Below are positions 53,199-63,190 of a DNA stretch of 64,000 nt, piece after piece. The stretch comes from an uncultured SAR86 cluster bacterium. Lineage in GTDB: Bacteria; Pseudomonadota; Gammaproteobacteria; Magnimaribacterales; D2472. A model generated the notes under the pieces. That model saw nothing but the letters and a program-made list of their open reading frames with translations. It ran no database searches and had not been told where the DNA came from. Position 1 is the stretch's first letter; each line of letters opens with the position of its first letter. The stretch spans positions 45,711 to 109,710 of the forward strand of contig CACNUA010000001.1 of assembly GCA_902623535.1 (NCBI GenBank). Reading direction: 5' to 3'. Position numbers and translations under genes: made by a program.

Positions 53199-54229
53199 AA
53201 ATATTTGTTTCAGCTGGAGGAACAGGTGGGCATGTCTTTCCTGCTGTAGAATTTATTAAACTTGCCATGAATAATGGTCATTCAGTTTATTGGTTTGGGA
53301 CTAAGCGCGGAATTGAAAGAAAAAATTTGCCTGCAAACTGTCACTTATTTGAGATAAATGCAGTTGGCTACAGAGGGAAAAGATTTTTACATAAAATATT
53401 TTCTATTTTTCGATTAGTACAAACTATTTTTGAAGTTGCAATTAAATTTATAAAATATAAACCTAAGAAAGTACTCTGTTTTGGAGGATATGTCAGTCTT
53501 CCAGTTGGATTAGTAGCAGTTTTATTTAGAGTCCCAATTTATTTGCATGAGCAAAATACTGTACTTGGAACCGCAAATAAAATACTTTTAAAATTTGCTA
53601 AAAAATGCTTTTTGGGGCTTCCCTTAATTGATACTCCAAAGAATGGCGATTTCGAACTTACTGGTAACCCAATTAGAAAAATTTTGCTTGAACCTGGTCA
53701 GGAATACGATACAGCATCAATTTATATTACCGGCGGTAGCCAAGGTGCGAATTATCTTAATGATGTTATTCCTAGGGCCTTAAATAAAGTTAAACATGAG
53801 CTTAGAGTTGTTCACCAAGCCGGAAAGGGGTCATCAGAGCTAGTAATTAATGCTTACCTAAAAAATAAATTTGATTTACTGATAGTTAAGGATTTTTTTG
53901 ATGATCCTTTTGCAGAAATTCAAAAAGCTGATTTTGTAATCTCACGATCAGGTGCCTTATCAGTATCTGAAATTACCTCACTTAATAAGGGAAGCTTGTA
54001 TATCCCTTTACATAATTCGATCGATGATCACCAAATGCATAATGCTAAATATGCAGTGAGGATTGGTATGGGAGAGATTTTTTCTGAAAGCGAGAGTCTG
54101 GATGAATTAATAGGTAAGCTTAATGAAATAATTGAACAAAGATCATATCTTTCTTGGCAAAAAAATTGTGATATAGATCATTCTCAAGCTGCTGAGAAGA
54201 TTTACAATCATATTTTTATTTATGACTAG
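53195..54229 (+). CDS. murG: UDP-GlcNAc:lipid I GlcNAc transferase
   Basis: AGGTGGHVFPA, HEQN and SRSGALSVSEI motifs. Confidence 0.9.
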   Translation: MKIFVSAGGTGGHVFPAVEFIKLAMNNGHSVYWFGTKRGIERKNLPANCHLFEINAVGYRGKRFLHKIFSIFRLVQTIFEVAIKFIKYKPKKVLCFGGYVSLPVGLVAVLFRVPIYLHEQNTVLGTANKILLKFAKKCFLGLPLIDTPKNGDFELTGNPIRKILLEPGQEYDTASIYITGGSQGANYLNDVIPRALNKVKHELRVVHQAGKGSSELVINAYLKNKFDLLIVKDFFDDPFAEIQKADFVISRSGALSVSEITSLNKGSLYIPLHNSIDDHQMHNAKYAVRIGMGEIFSESESLDELIGKLNEIIEQRSYLSWQKNCDIDHSQAAEKIYNHIFIYD

Positions 54230-55628
54230 ATCTCAAAAACATTTTGGTGAGCTTAAAAGGATACATCTTATTGGAATTGGTGGTTCCGGGATGATTGGTC
54301 TAGCAATGGTCCTACAAAAAAAGGGGTTTAATATTTCAGGATCTGACCTTCAGATGACGGAAGAACTTAGTTCACTTAAGGTCTTAGGAGCAAAAGTTCA
54401 ACTAGGTCATGTTCCAAGATATATTAAATCTTCAGATGTTGTCGTGGCTTCAAGCGCGATAGCTAAAAATAATGCTGAGCTGAAATACGCAAAAAATAAT
54501 AACATTACCATCATTCCAAGAGCGGTCATGTTAGCAAGTATTCTGCATGGCTATAGAACAATTGCGGTTTCTGGCAGTCATGGAAAAACTACAACTACAA
54601 GTCTAATATCAAATATATTTGATGCTGCAAAACTAAGCCCAACCTATGTTATTGGCGGACAAATATTAGGCGGTAGAAATAGTTCTCACTTGGGCGATGG
54701 TCTTCATATGATTGTTGAGGCAGACGAATCCGATGGATCCTTTTTGCATTTGCATCCCGAGGTTATTGTAATTACGAATATAGATAATGATCACTTATCT
54801 TTTTACGAAAATGATCAACAAAAACTTAATACCGCATTCTTAAATTTTACAAAAAACCTCCCATTTTACGGTTATGTACTCATGAACATAGACTCAAAAA
54901 ATGCTAAAGATGTTTTTAAAAAAATTCGCAGAAAAAAAATGAGTTTTGGATTTTCTAAATTTAATGACTACCAGATAAAATTATTAAACCAAAAAGGATT
55001 TTCTCAAACCTTTTCAATTCAAGATACTTTAAATTCAAAAAATACTTCGTTCACTATTCCTATGCTCGGTAAGCATAATGTATTAAATGCAGCCGGTTCA
55101 GCAATCATAGCTATTAATGAAGGAATTAAGATGACATATATTAAAAAAGCTCTACTAAACTTTCCAGGAGTTGCCAGAAGGTTTGAGAGGTATGAGTTAT
55201 CTTTACCAAACCGTGATCTACTGCTCATCGATGATTATGGTCATCATCCTGAAGAAATTAGAAGCACATACGAATCTGCATTATCTGTCTTTAATCGCGG
55301 TGAAATAGTTATGATTTTTGAGCCTCACAGGTATACGAGAACAGAGCAATTATTTGATGACTTTGTAGATGTCCTAAAAAAAATAAAAGAGGTTTATTTG
55401 CTCGAAATATACTCAGCTTCAGAGCGTAAAATACCAAAAATTACATCTGATAATTTAGTAAAAGCAATAAACAAACAAGGAGGAAATGCTGAAATATTAA
55501 ACCCTGCGAATTTAGCAAACAAAATCTTGAGTATGAAGAAATCAAATAAAGTTATAATTATGCAAGGCGCAGGCAGAATTTCCAGTTACCTTAAAAACTT
55601 TGTTGAATCATGTCAGGTAAAAAAATAA
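54222..55628 (+). CDS. murC: UDP-N-acetylmuramate:L-alanine ligase
   Basis: IHLIGIGGSGMIGLA, VSGSHGKTTTTSL and DDYGHHPEEI. Confidence 0.93.
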   Translation: MTRSQKHFGELKRIHLIGIGGSGMIGLAMVLQKKGFNISGSDLQMTEELSSLKVLGAKVQLGHVPRYIKSSDVVVASSAIAKNNAELKYAKNNNITIIPRAVMLASILHGYRTIAVSGSHGKTTTTSLISNIFDAAKLSPTYVIGGQILGGRNSSHLGDGLHMIVEADESDGSFLHLHPEVIVITNIDNDHLSFYENDQQKLNTAFLNFTKNLPFYGYVLMNIDSKNAKDVFKKIRRKKMSFGFSKFNDYQIKLLNQKGFSQTFSIQDTLNSKNTSFTIPMLGKHNVLNAAGSAIIAINEGIKMTYIKKALLNFPGVARRFERYELSLPNRDLLLIDDYGHHPEEIRSTYESALSVFNRGEIVMIFEPHRYTRTEQLFDDFVDVLKKIKEVYLLEIYSASERKIPKITSDNLVKAINKQGGNAEILNPANLANKILSMKKSNKVIIMQGAGRISSYLKNFVESCQVKK

Positions 55629-56506
55629 CTGTTTTAAGTGGCGGAACTTCAGCTGAAAGAGAAGTTTCCTTAAAATCTGGAAGTCAGATTCACTCAGCTT
55701 TAATTGAGCTTGGTCATGAAGTTAAGCTTGAAGATCTTTCGGCAATCAATCAGATTGATCAACTTAAAAAAAATGTTGAAGTATTTATTGCGCTTCATGG
55801 TTTTGAAGGTGAGTCTGGCATTCTCCAGAATAAGTTAACCAATTTGGGAATAAATTTTTTTGGTTCAAATGCTCAAGGTTGTATCAATACATGGAACAAA
55901 GCTAATTGCAAAAAGATACTTATCGAAAGCGGGATAAATACACCTAAATTTTTAACAACAAAGAATATTAAAACTATGGAATTTCCACTAGAAACTTTTT
56001 TGGAAAATGGTTTTTACATAAAACCATGCGAGGAGGGCTCATCCATTGACACATTTGCAGTTAAATCTAATGAAGAATTTAAATCTCTTAAACAGAATCT
56101 TGTAAACCCTGACAGAGAATTTATTATTGAAGAAGCAATTAATGGAAGGGAATTTACAGTATCTGTTCTTAAAGGTCGATGTTTAGCACCGTTAGAGATA
56201 ATCCCGGCTAACGGAATTTATGATTATCATGCTAAATACATTGCTGAAGACACTATTATTCAAAAAGCGCAGCTTGAATCTGATCAGATAAATTCACTTT
56301 GTGATATTGCTCTTAAAACTTGCTCAGTCTGCGAATGCAAGGATTGGGCTCGAGTAGATGTTATGCAAAATGAAGATGGCGAATTTTATGTGCTCGAGAT
56401 TAATACTGTTCCTGGAATGACAGACCACAGCCTCTTTCCAGCAGCTGCAAAAATATCTGGTTTAAGCTTTAATCAGCTTATACATGAAATCATAACTGAT
56501 GCGTAA
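55610..56506 (+). CDS. ddl: D-alanine:D-alanine ligase
   Basis: ITVLSGGTSAEREVSLKSG, ATP-grasp body and EINTVPGMT. Confidence 0.9.
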   Translation: MSGKKITVLSGGTSAEREVSLKSGSQIHSALIELGHEVKLEDLSAINQIDQLKKNVEVFIALHGFEGESGILQNKLTNLGINFFGSNAQGCINTWNKANCKKILIESGINTPKFLTTKNIKTMEFPLETFLENGFYIKPCEEGSSIDTFAVKSNEEFKSLKQNLVNPDREFIIEEAINGREFTVSVLKGRCLAPLEIIPANGIYDYHAKYIAEDTIIQKAQLESDQINSLCDIALKTCSVCECKDWARVDVMQNEDGEFYVLEINTVPGMTDHSLFPAAAKISGLSFNQLIHEIITDA

Positions 56507-57128
56507 GAATTTTTTGTTAGCTATTTTTTTAGCTTTAATAACTGGCTTCAAATTAAATATTGGTCTTAATGTAAACATTCAATTTTCTGAACCGATAAAG
56601 TTCAATTATGAAAAAGAGTTCATTCATAAGCTTTCTAATCTAAAAAAAACAAAAGAGGTTGAGCACTTACTAAGTAATCAAGAATGGATTCAAGGATATG
56701 TATACAAGAAATTTTACTTTAAATCAGACTATATATTTATTGAACAATCTGTACCCATAGGAGTTCTCAACAATGAGTTCTTCTTGGCAAAAAATAAAAA
56801 TATTTTTCCGGTTGATTCAACATCAAATTCACTTCCACGGTTTAGAGTTCCTGAAAGTAAAATAGATGAGCTAATCAATCTCTTTTTATTTATTGATGAT
56901 AAAGTTCAAAAGAAGCAGATATTTATAAGTGAGATAAACTACGATTTTGGAAGTGGCTGGGAAATAATTTTGAATAATAAACAGAAAATAATTTTTGCTA
57001 GAACTATGACTAGTCAAAGTATGGAGAGATTTCAAATCTTGATGAGATATTTGTACGCAAATAACTTAAATCCTAGTATTATTGATATGCGAAATAAAAG
57101 TGGAGCAGCTTTGAAATATGGCAACTAA
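56499..57128 (+). CDS. ftsQ: Cell division protein FtsQ (short, 209 aa)
   Basis: Single N-terminal TM and a POTRA-like region. Called mainly from its position between ddl and ftsA. Confidence 0.6.
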   Translation: MRKNFLLAIFLALITGFKLNIGLNVNIQFSEPIKFNYEKEFIHKLSNLKKTKEVEHLLSNQEWIQGYVYKKFYFKSDYIFIEQSVPIGVLNNEFFLAKNKNIFPVDSTSNSLPRFRVPESKIDELINLFLFIDDKVQKKQIFISEINYDFGSGWEIILNNKQKIIFARTMTSQSMERFQILMRYLYANNLNPSIIDMRNKSGAALKYGN

Positions 57129-58350
57129 TGGAAATAAAAAAGAAAATGATCATGTTGTTGCCTTGGACATCGGGACCTCCAAAGTTGTTTGTCTTATAGG
57201 CCAGCTTACTGATTCACATGCAGTAGAAATTGTTGCTCTTGGATCATACCCATCATCAGGATTAAAAAAAGGTGTTGTTGTAAATATTGATGCAACAACG
57301 GATGCTATTCAGAAATCAATGGATCAGGCTAAAAATTCTTTTGATGGCAAATTAAAAAATGTTTACGTAGGTATTGCTGGAAATCATATCAAGAGCCTTA
57401 ATTCCCATGGTATCGTTGGCATTAAAGATAAGGAAGTTACACCTTTTGATATTGACAGGGTTATTGAAGCTGCTCAGGCTGTTGCTATCCCCTCAGACCA
57501 AAAAGTACTTCACGTGCTTCCACAAGAATTTGTAATCGATGATCAAGACTCAATAAGAGAACCATTAGGAATGTCTGGAGTTAGACTTGAATCTCATGTT
57601 CATTTGGTTACTTGCGCAAATAATGCAATTCAAAACATAGAAAAATGCGTTAAAAGATGTGGAATCACGCTTGATGGATTTGTATTGGAGCAACTTGCAA
57701 GCTCATATTCGGTTTTATCAGAAGATGAAAAGGAGCTAGGAGTTTGTATTGTTGATATTGGTGGAGGGACAACTGATATAGCCATATTTAATTCAGGTTC
57801 TATTTCATTTACAGGCGTTATTCCAATTGCAGGTGATCAAGTAACCAGTGACATAGCTGTTGCACTTAGAACCCCTACGCCGCAGGCAGAAGAACTTAAA
57901 CAAAAGTATGGATGTGCCGTAGCAGAATTTACTACAGAATCCGAAACAATTGAGGTTGCCGGTGTTGGAGGAAGAGCTCCAAGAGAGTTGTCTCGAAAAG
58001 CACTGGCGGAAATTGTTGAACCAAGATATGTTGAATTATTCGAGCTAGTGAAAGCTGAAATTCAAAGAAATGGTTTTGATGGGAAAATCCCTGCAGGTAT
58101 TGTTTTAACGGGCGGAACTTCTAAGATGGAAGGAGTGGTGGAACTCGCAGAGTCTATTTTCCAAACAAGCGTCAGGATTGGAGTCCCTGAAAACTTCAAA
58201 GGCATGGAGTCTGTTCTTAAAAATCCAATATATGCCACAAGTCTTGGTCTTTTGGGATATGGGTTTGATCAGTTAAAGCAAGGAATTGCACTCGAGCAGA
58301 ATAGAAGCCTCTTTGATAAGGCATTTGGCTGGCTAAAAAGTAATTATTAA
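57118..58350 (+). CDS. ftsA: Cell division protein FtsA
   Basis: [44 protein letters not shown] and a C-terminal amphipathic helix (LFDKAFGWLKSNY). Confidence 0.93.
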   Translation: MATNGNKKENDHVVALDIGTSKVVCLIGQLTDSHAVEIVALGSYPSSGLKKGVVVNIDATTDAIQKSMDQAKNSFDGKLKNVYVGIAGNHIKSLNSHGIVGIKDKEVTPFDIDRVIEAAQAVAIPSDQKVLHVLPQEFVIDDQDSIREPLGMSGVRLESHVHLVTCANNAIQNIEKCVKRCGITLDGFVLEQLASSYSVLSEDEKELGVCIVDIGGGTTDIAIFNSGSISFTGVIPIAGDQVTSDIAVALRTPTPQAEELKQKYGCAVAEFTTESETIEVAGVGGRAPRELSRKALAEIVEPRYVELFELVKAEIQRNGFDGKIPAGIVLTGGTSKMEGVVELAESIFQTSVRIGVPENFKGMESVLKNPIYATSLGLLGYGFDQLKQGIALEQNRSLFDKAFGWLKSNY

Positions 58351-58372
58351 ATCTATTGCAAATAGATTTTTC
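58350..58372 (+). terminator. Weak AT-rich hairpin plus T-run after ftsA (candidate terminator)
   Basis: AATCTATT-gca-AATAGATT followed by TTTTC. The stem is only 8 AT-rich bp, so strength is doubtful. Confidence 0.3.
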
Positions 58373-58436
58373 ATTCTCTAAAATGCGCGTACCTTGGTTA
58401 TTTGCTTGCAAATAATCTTTAACCAAAAGGAAAAAC

Positions 58437-58970
58437 ATGAATCATTACGAACTCACTTTAATTTTAAACCCTGATCTCGCGTCAAAGTTTGATCCTTATA
58501 AAGAGCACTTCGAGTCCGTTCTTTCTCAATTAGGCTTTAACATTCATTATTGTGAAAATGTTGGTATTAGAGAACTTGCATACACAATTGGGATAAACAA
58601 AAAAGGTCATTATCTCATTTATCAATTGGATGGTGATCCTTCGAATATAAAAGAGCTTGAGACCAAGATTAAATATGATAATTCAGTCATTCGCCACTTA
58701 GTATTAAAAATAGATACAGTTACTAAGTCAGACTCTTTTCTTACTCAAGATACAAAAGAAGCAAAGAAAAGGGCAGAAGAAAGAGCTCATGAAGCAAAAC
58801 TAAAAGCACAAGTACAACAGCAGCAAAAACCAGCTAAAAGTGAAACGCAAGAGAATGAGAGATCATCTGAAGAAAAAAAGGATGAAGGCTCTTCAGGTGA
58901 AGAGAATAGTCATAACAAAGACGAAACGACTTCAGAAAAAAATGAGTCTGCAACTGAGGAGCAAGCATGA
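58437..58970 (+). CDS. rpsF: 30S ribosomal protein S6 with long Lys/Glu/Ser-rich C-terminal extension
   Basis: [13 protein letters not shown]...RELAYTI...[10 protein letters not shown] core. About 75 extra low-complexity residues follow the fold. Confidence 0.9.
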   Translation: MNHYELTLILNPDLASKFDPYKEHFESVLSQLGFNIHYCENVGIRELAYTIGINKKGHYLIYQLDGDPSNIKELETKIKYDNSVIRHLVLKIDTVTKSDSFLTQDTKEAKKRAEERAHEAKLKAQVQQQQKPAKSETQENERSSEEKKDEGSSGEENSHNKDETTSEKNESATEEQA

Positions 58971-59161
58971 AGAACCTAGCATTACCTGAAAATTTTGATC
59001 ATAAAAATATTGATATTCTTAAACAATTTATAACCGAAACTGGAAAAATTATTCCTGCTAGAGTTTCTGGTATTAGTGCCCCAGAACAAAGAAAATTAAC
59101 AAAAGCTGTTAAGGTTGCAAGATTTCTTGCTTTGATACCATATACAGATAAACAAATATGA
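58967..59161 (+). CDS. rpsR: 30S ribosomal protein S18 (N-terminally short, 64 aa)
   Basis: [47 protein letters not shown]. An in-frame TGA at 58955-57 prevents any longer N-terminus. ATGA overlap with rpsF. Confidence 0.88.
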   Translation: MKNLALPENFDHKNIDILKQFITETGKIIPARVSGISAPEQRKLTKAVKVARFLALIPYTDKQI

Positions 59162-59604
59162 AAATTATTTTACTTGATAAGATTCCTAACCTTGGCGATA
59201 TTGCTGATGTTGTTGAGGTTAACTCAGGGTATGCTAGAAACTTTCTTATACCTCAAAAAAAAGCTATGTTTGCTTCAAAAAATAACCTTCAATATGTGGC
59301 TGAAAGAAAAGCAGAGCTTGCTGCAGCATCAGCAGATGAAGTTTCTAGGGCTGAAGCAAAGGCAGCGCAGTTAAAAGATCAGTCAGTAGAAATTAAAGTT
59401 CCAGTAACAGACGAAGGGGCCTTATATGGATCTGTTGGAACAAGAGAGATTTCAGATGCATTTGCTAAGAAAAATCTTGAGGTTGATAAGAGTTATGTGC
59501 AACTACCTGATGGGCCTATTAAAGATGTTGGTGATCATCTGATAAATCTTCTATTTCACCCAGAAGTATCAACAGAGGTAACTGTTGTTGTTAAGCCTGA
59601 ATAG
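59158..59604 (+). CDS. rplI: 50S ribosomal protein L9
   Basis: [36 protein letters not shown]. Confidence 0.93.
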   Translation: MKIILLDKIPNLGDIADVVEVNSGYARNFLIPQKKAMFASKNNLQYVAERKAELAAASADEVSRAEAKAAQLKDQSVEIKVPVTDEGALYGSVGTREISDAFAKKNLEVDKSYVQLPDGPIKDVGDHLINLLFHPEVSTEVTVVVKPE

Positions 59605-59641
59605 TTGTCATTCGTTGGATATGATGTGAAAATCATTCCCT

Positions 59642-61012
59642 ATGTCTGAATATTCAAACGATCAAATTGACCAAGTTAGGGAACTTGAAAGAGCTGTCTT
59701 AGGCGGCCTAATGCTTGAGACAGAACGTTATGATAACGTGCGTTTGGTAATCTCTCATGCAGATTTTCAAGGTAAAGATCATCAATCGATCTTTGAATCG
59801 ATGGGAGATCTTGTTAATGCAGGTAAACCACTAGACCCTATTACTGTTGCTGATCGACTCGATAGCAAGAATTTATTAACTCGAGCTGGAGGTAAAAACT
59901 ACCTTATTGAGCTAGCAAGCTCATCTCCTTCTGCAGCAAATTTAGAAACCTATGCAGAGTTGATCAGGCAAAAATCAATCTCTAGAAAGTTAATGAAGGT
60001 AAATTCTGAAATAGCTGAATTAATTGTTAATCCTCAGGGAAAAGATGCTTCAGGTTTATTGGATGAAGCTGAATCCAAGATTTTCTCACTAAATGATGAA
60101 GCTGAGCGGACATCAACTAACATTCAAATTCTAGAAGATTTAATTGATAAGTCTATTGATAGGCTTAACGAGCTCTCGCAAAGTGGCTCAAGTCTAATCG
60201 GTTTTTCTTCTGGTTTTAAAGATCTAAATAAACAAACTCAAGGACTTCAAAAGGGAGACTTAATTGTAGTCGCTGGAAGACCAAGTATGGGAAAAACTTC
60301 TTTAGCAATGAACATCGCTGAGAATTTTCTATTAAATGAAGATGTTAAAGGTGGAGTATTGGTATTTAGTTTAGAAATGCCAGGTGAATCCCTTACAACC
60401 AGACTTCTAGCTAGTCATGCAAAAATCAATCAGCAAAATGTAAGATCTGCCTCACTCTCCAACGAAGAGCTAAAAAGATTTATGGACTCTTCATCTAAAT
60501 TAAGGGAACTACCTTTATACATTGACGACAGCTCTTTGCTATCACCAATGGAGCTAAGAGCAAGAGCAAGAAGGGTTTCACGACAAGAGGAGGATGGTTT
60601 ATCTCTAATCATTGTTGACTATCTTCAGTTGATGCAATTACCAGGCTCAACTGAGAATCGAGTTAATCAAATATCTGAAATCTCAAGGTCTCTAAAAGCT
60701 CTAGCAAAAGAGTTAAATGTACCTGTGATTGCTTTGTCGCAACTGAATAGAGCTGTAGAACAAAGGCCAAACAAAAGACCGATGATGGCTGATCTAAGAG
60801 ATTCAGGCGCAATTGAGCAAGATGCAGATCTAATATTATTTATCTACAGAGATGAGGTTTACAACGAAGATTCTGAGGAAGGAAATAAAGCTGAAATTAT
60901 CATTGGAAAACAAAGAAATGGCCCGATCGGAACGGTAAACTTGTCATTCTTAAAGGAATTTACTCGTTTTGAAGATTTCGCAGTGGACAGCTACTTTGAT
61001 CCATTTCAATGA
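59642..61012 (+). CDS. dnaB: Replicative DNA helicase DnaB
   Basis: ERAVLGGLML, Walker A GRPSMGKTSLAMN, IIVDYLQLM, SQLNRAVEQR and IIGKQRNGPIG. Confidence 0.96.
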   Translation: MSEYSNDQIDQVRELERAVLGGLMLETERYDNVRLVISHADFQGKDHQSIFESMGDLVNAGKPLDPITVADRLDSKNLLTRAGGKNYLIELASSSPSAANLETYAELIRQKSISRKLMKVNSEIAELIVNPQGKDASGLLDEAESKIFSLNDEAERTSTNIQILEDLIDKSIDRLNELSQSGSSLIGFSSGFKDLNKQTQGLQKGDLIVVAGRPSMGKTSLAMNIAENFLLNEDVKGGVLVFSLEMPGESLTTRLLASHAKINQQNVRSASLSNEELKRFMDSSSKLRELPLYIDDSSLLSPMELRARARRVSRQEEDGLSLIIVDYLQLMQLPGSTENRVNQISEISRSLKALAKELNVPVIALSQLNRAVEQRPNKRPMMADLRDSGAIEQDADLILFIYRDEVYNEDSEEGNKAEIIIGKQRNGPIGTVNLSFLKEFTRFEDFAVDSYFDPFQ

Positions 61013-62061
61013 GCAAAGAGTCAGCTGAATTACATATAAATTTCTCTGTTATTCACGATAATATCTCTTACTTAAAGAACCAGATTAACGATCGTACAAA
61101 TTTCCTATCTGTAGTCAAAGCAAATGCTTACGGGCATGAATTAAAGGAATTTGTTTCAAGGCTAAATGATTTAACAGACGGCTTCGCAGTTGTAAGACTT
61201 GATGAGGCAATAAAGTTAAGAAAAATTTCTAATAAACCCATTCTATTAATGCAAGGTGTCTATCAACAAAATGAAATTGAGCAGGTAATTGAGCATGACT
61301 TAATGACAGTACTGCATACTCATCAACAAATTAATTTATACAGAGATATTCAATCCAAAACAAAGATATGGATTAAGTTTAATACAGGTATGAATCGATT
61401 AGGATTTCAAATTAATGAGGCTGATCAAATTCAATCTTTTGTAAATGATCAAAATGTCCTGATGACACATCTTGCCTCGTCAGATACTCCATCTGATCCA
61501 TCGAATAAAAAACAGATGATTAAGTTTCAAAATCTCTACGACTCTTTTTCAACTAATCCTGAAAGAAGTATCTTAAATAGCTGCGGAGTAATAAATTTTC
61601 CAAGTCATGCATATGATTGGGTTAGATGCGGCATTGGTTTGTATGGAGGCATAAGTGGAGTTAATGAACTTAAAACAGCCGTAACTTTTAAAAGTAAAAT
61701 AATTTCGATAAATAAAATTAAAAAAGGCGATGCAGTAGGTTACGGTGGAAGAATAAAAGCAAAGCAAGATATGTTGATTGCTGTTGTTTATTGTGGTTAT
61801 GCTGATGGATTTCCTCAATCAGCCCTTGATGGTACATCTGTTCGTATTAATGATAATGAAGCTAAAATATTTGGGAGAGTTTCCATGGACTTAATCACAA
61901 TTGATATATCACATTTAAATGATGTAAAGTTTGGGAACTGGGTTGAGTTTTGGTCTCCTCAACATAGCATAAACAAATTTGCTGATTATAATAAGTTAAT
62001 ATCATATGAATTAATGACTAGGATAGACCCAAGAGTTAGACGAGTAATATATGAAAATTAA
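61009..62061 (+). CDS. alr: Alanine racemase
   Basis: PLP-lysine motif VVKANAYGHE, YGG and GRVSMDLITID. ATGA overlap with dnaB. Confidence 0.9.
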   Translation: MSKESAELHINFSVIHDNISYLKNQINDRTNFLSVVKANAYGHELKEFVSRLNDLTDGFAVVRLDEAIKLRKISNKPILLMQGVYQQNEIEQVIEHDLMTVLHTHQQINLYRDIQSKTKIWIKFNTGMNRLGFQINEADQIQSFVNDQNVLMTHLASSDTPSDPSNKKQMIKFQNLYDSFSTNPERSILNSCGVINFPSHAYDWVRCGIGLYGGISGVNELKTAVTFKSKIISINKIKKGDAVGYGGRIKAKQDMLIAVVYCGYADGFPQSALDGTSVRINDNEAKIFGRVSMDLITIDISHLNDVKFGNWVEFWSPQHSINKFADYNKLISYELMTRIDPRVRRVIYEN

Positions 62062-63130
62062 ACAATTAGATTCAACACCTAGAAATATTAGATACGAAGA
62101 CGAGTTTGAAATTCAGATGACATCTGAAATTGCAGATGATGTTATTGAAATCTTTCAAACTCCATTAACCGGAACTTATAACTGGGATTATACTCTTCAA
62201 GATAATAGGATTAAAAAACTTTATGAGCTTGGCAAGGAGCTAAATTGGAACGCAAACATTGATGTTGATTGGTCTAAACCTTTTGAGCAGATTTCAGAGC
62301 CACCAGAATGGTTTTGGGACGACTATAAGCCTTATCAAAAATTATCTGATGAGAAAAAGATAGAATTTGCTAAACATAGAAATGCTTGGAGTCTAAGTCA
62401 GTATTTACACGGCGAACAGGGTGCACTTCTAGTAGCATCTCAATTGACAAGCTGTGCTCCCACATACAACGCAAAACTTTATGCTGCATCTCAAACATTT
62501 GATGAAGCTAGACATGTTGAAGCTTTTAACAAATACATTCAAACTAGAACGAAATTAATGTATCCAATTGGTAATGCATTGAAATCAATCCTTGACAAAA
62601 TTCTTACAGACCCACGCTGGGATCTAAAATTTATAGGTATGCAATTGATTATAGAGGGTTTGGCTCTTGCAGCTTTCCAAGCAACTCGTGATTTAGCAAA
62701 AGATTCTGTTCTTTACGATATGCTAGGTTTAATCATCAGGGATGAGGCAAGGCACGTAACTTTTGGGGTGAATTACCTAGAAGAATTTGTTAAAACCCTT
62801 TCACAAGATGAAAAAGAGGATAGAGCTCAGTTTGCCTATGAGGCTTGTTTACTCAGTAGAGAGAGGCTTCTGTCGACTGATGTATACGAGCATTTTGGGT
62901 GGGATATAGAGGATGCAAGACAATTCCAACTCGGCTCAGAGATAATGCAACATTTTCAAAAGCTTTTATTTTCGAGAGTTATGCCAAACTTATCAAGGAT
63001 AGGACTGCTTACCGATTCAGTTAAAGAAAAATTTGATGATCTAGGCATATTGGAATTTGCATCATTACCAAGTGATGGTGACATCGATTGGGCAGACTTA
63101 TCTCGACCTTTGTTCGAAGAATCTGCTTAG
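62051..63130 (+). CDS. Ferritin-like diiron-carboxylate protein (AurF-like 'diiron oxygenase' architecture), function unknown
   Basis: Two copies of the helix-pair ligand pattern E...(about 30 aa)...DEARH: HGEQGALL...FDEARHVEAF and LIIEGLALAAF...IRDEARHVTF. No signal peptide. 11-nt overlap with alr. Confidence 0.5.
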   Translation: MKIKQLDSTPRNIRYEDEFEIQMTSEIADDVIEIFQTPLTGTYNWDYTLQDNRIKKLYELGKELNWNANIDVDWSKPFEQISEPPEWFWDDYKPYQKLSDEKKIEFAKHRNAWSLSQYLHGEQGALLVASQLTSCAPTYNAKLYAASQTFDEARHVEAFNKYIQTRTKLMYPIGNALKSILDKILTDPRWDLKFIGMQLIIEGLALAAFQATRDLAKDSVLYDMLGLIIRDEARHVTFGVNYLEEFVKTLSQDEKEDRAQFAYEACLLSRERLLSTDVYEHFGWDIEDARQFQLGSEIMQHFQKLLFSRVMPNLSRIGLLTDSVKEKFDDLGILEFASLPSDGDIDWADLSRPLFEESA

Positions 63131-63190
63131 ATTGTTTTTATTGACCCAAATATCTGATATTCTGTTATCCCATCTAATTAATTATTGTAG

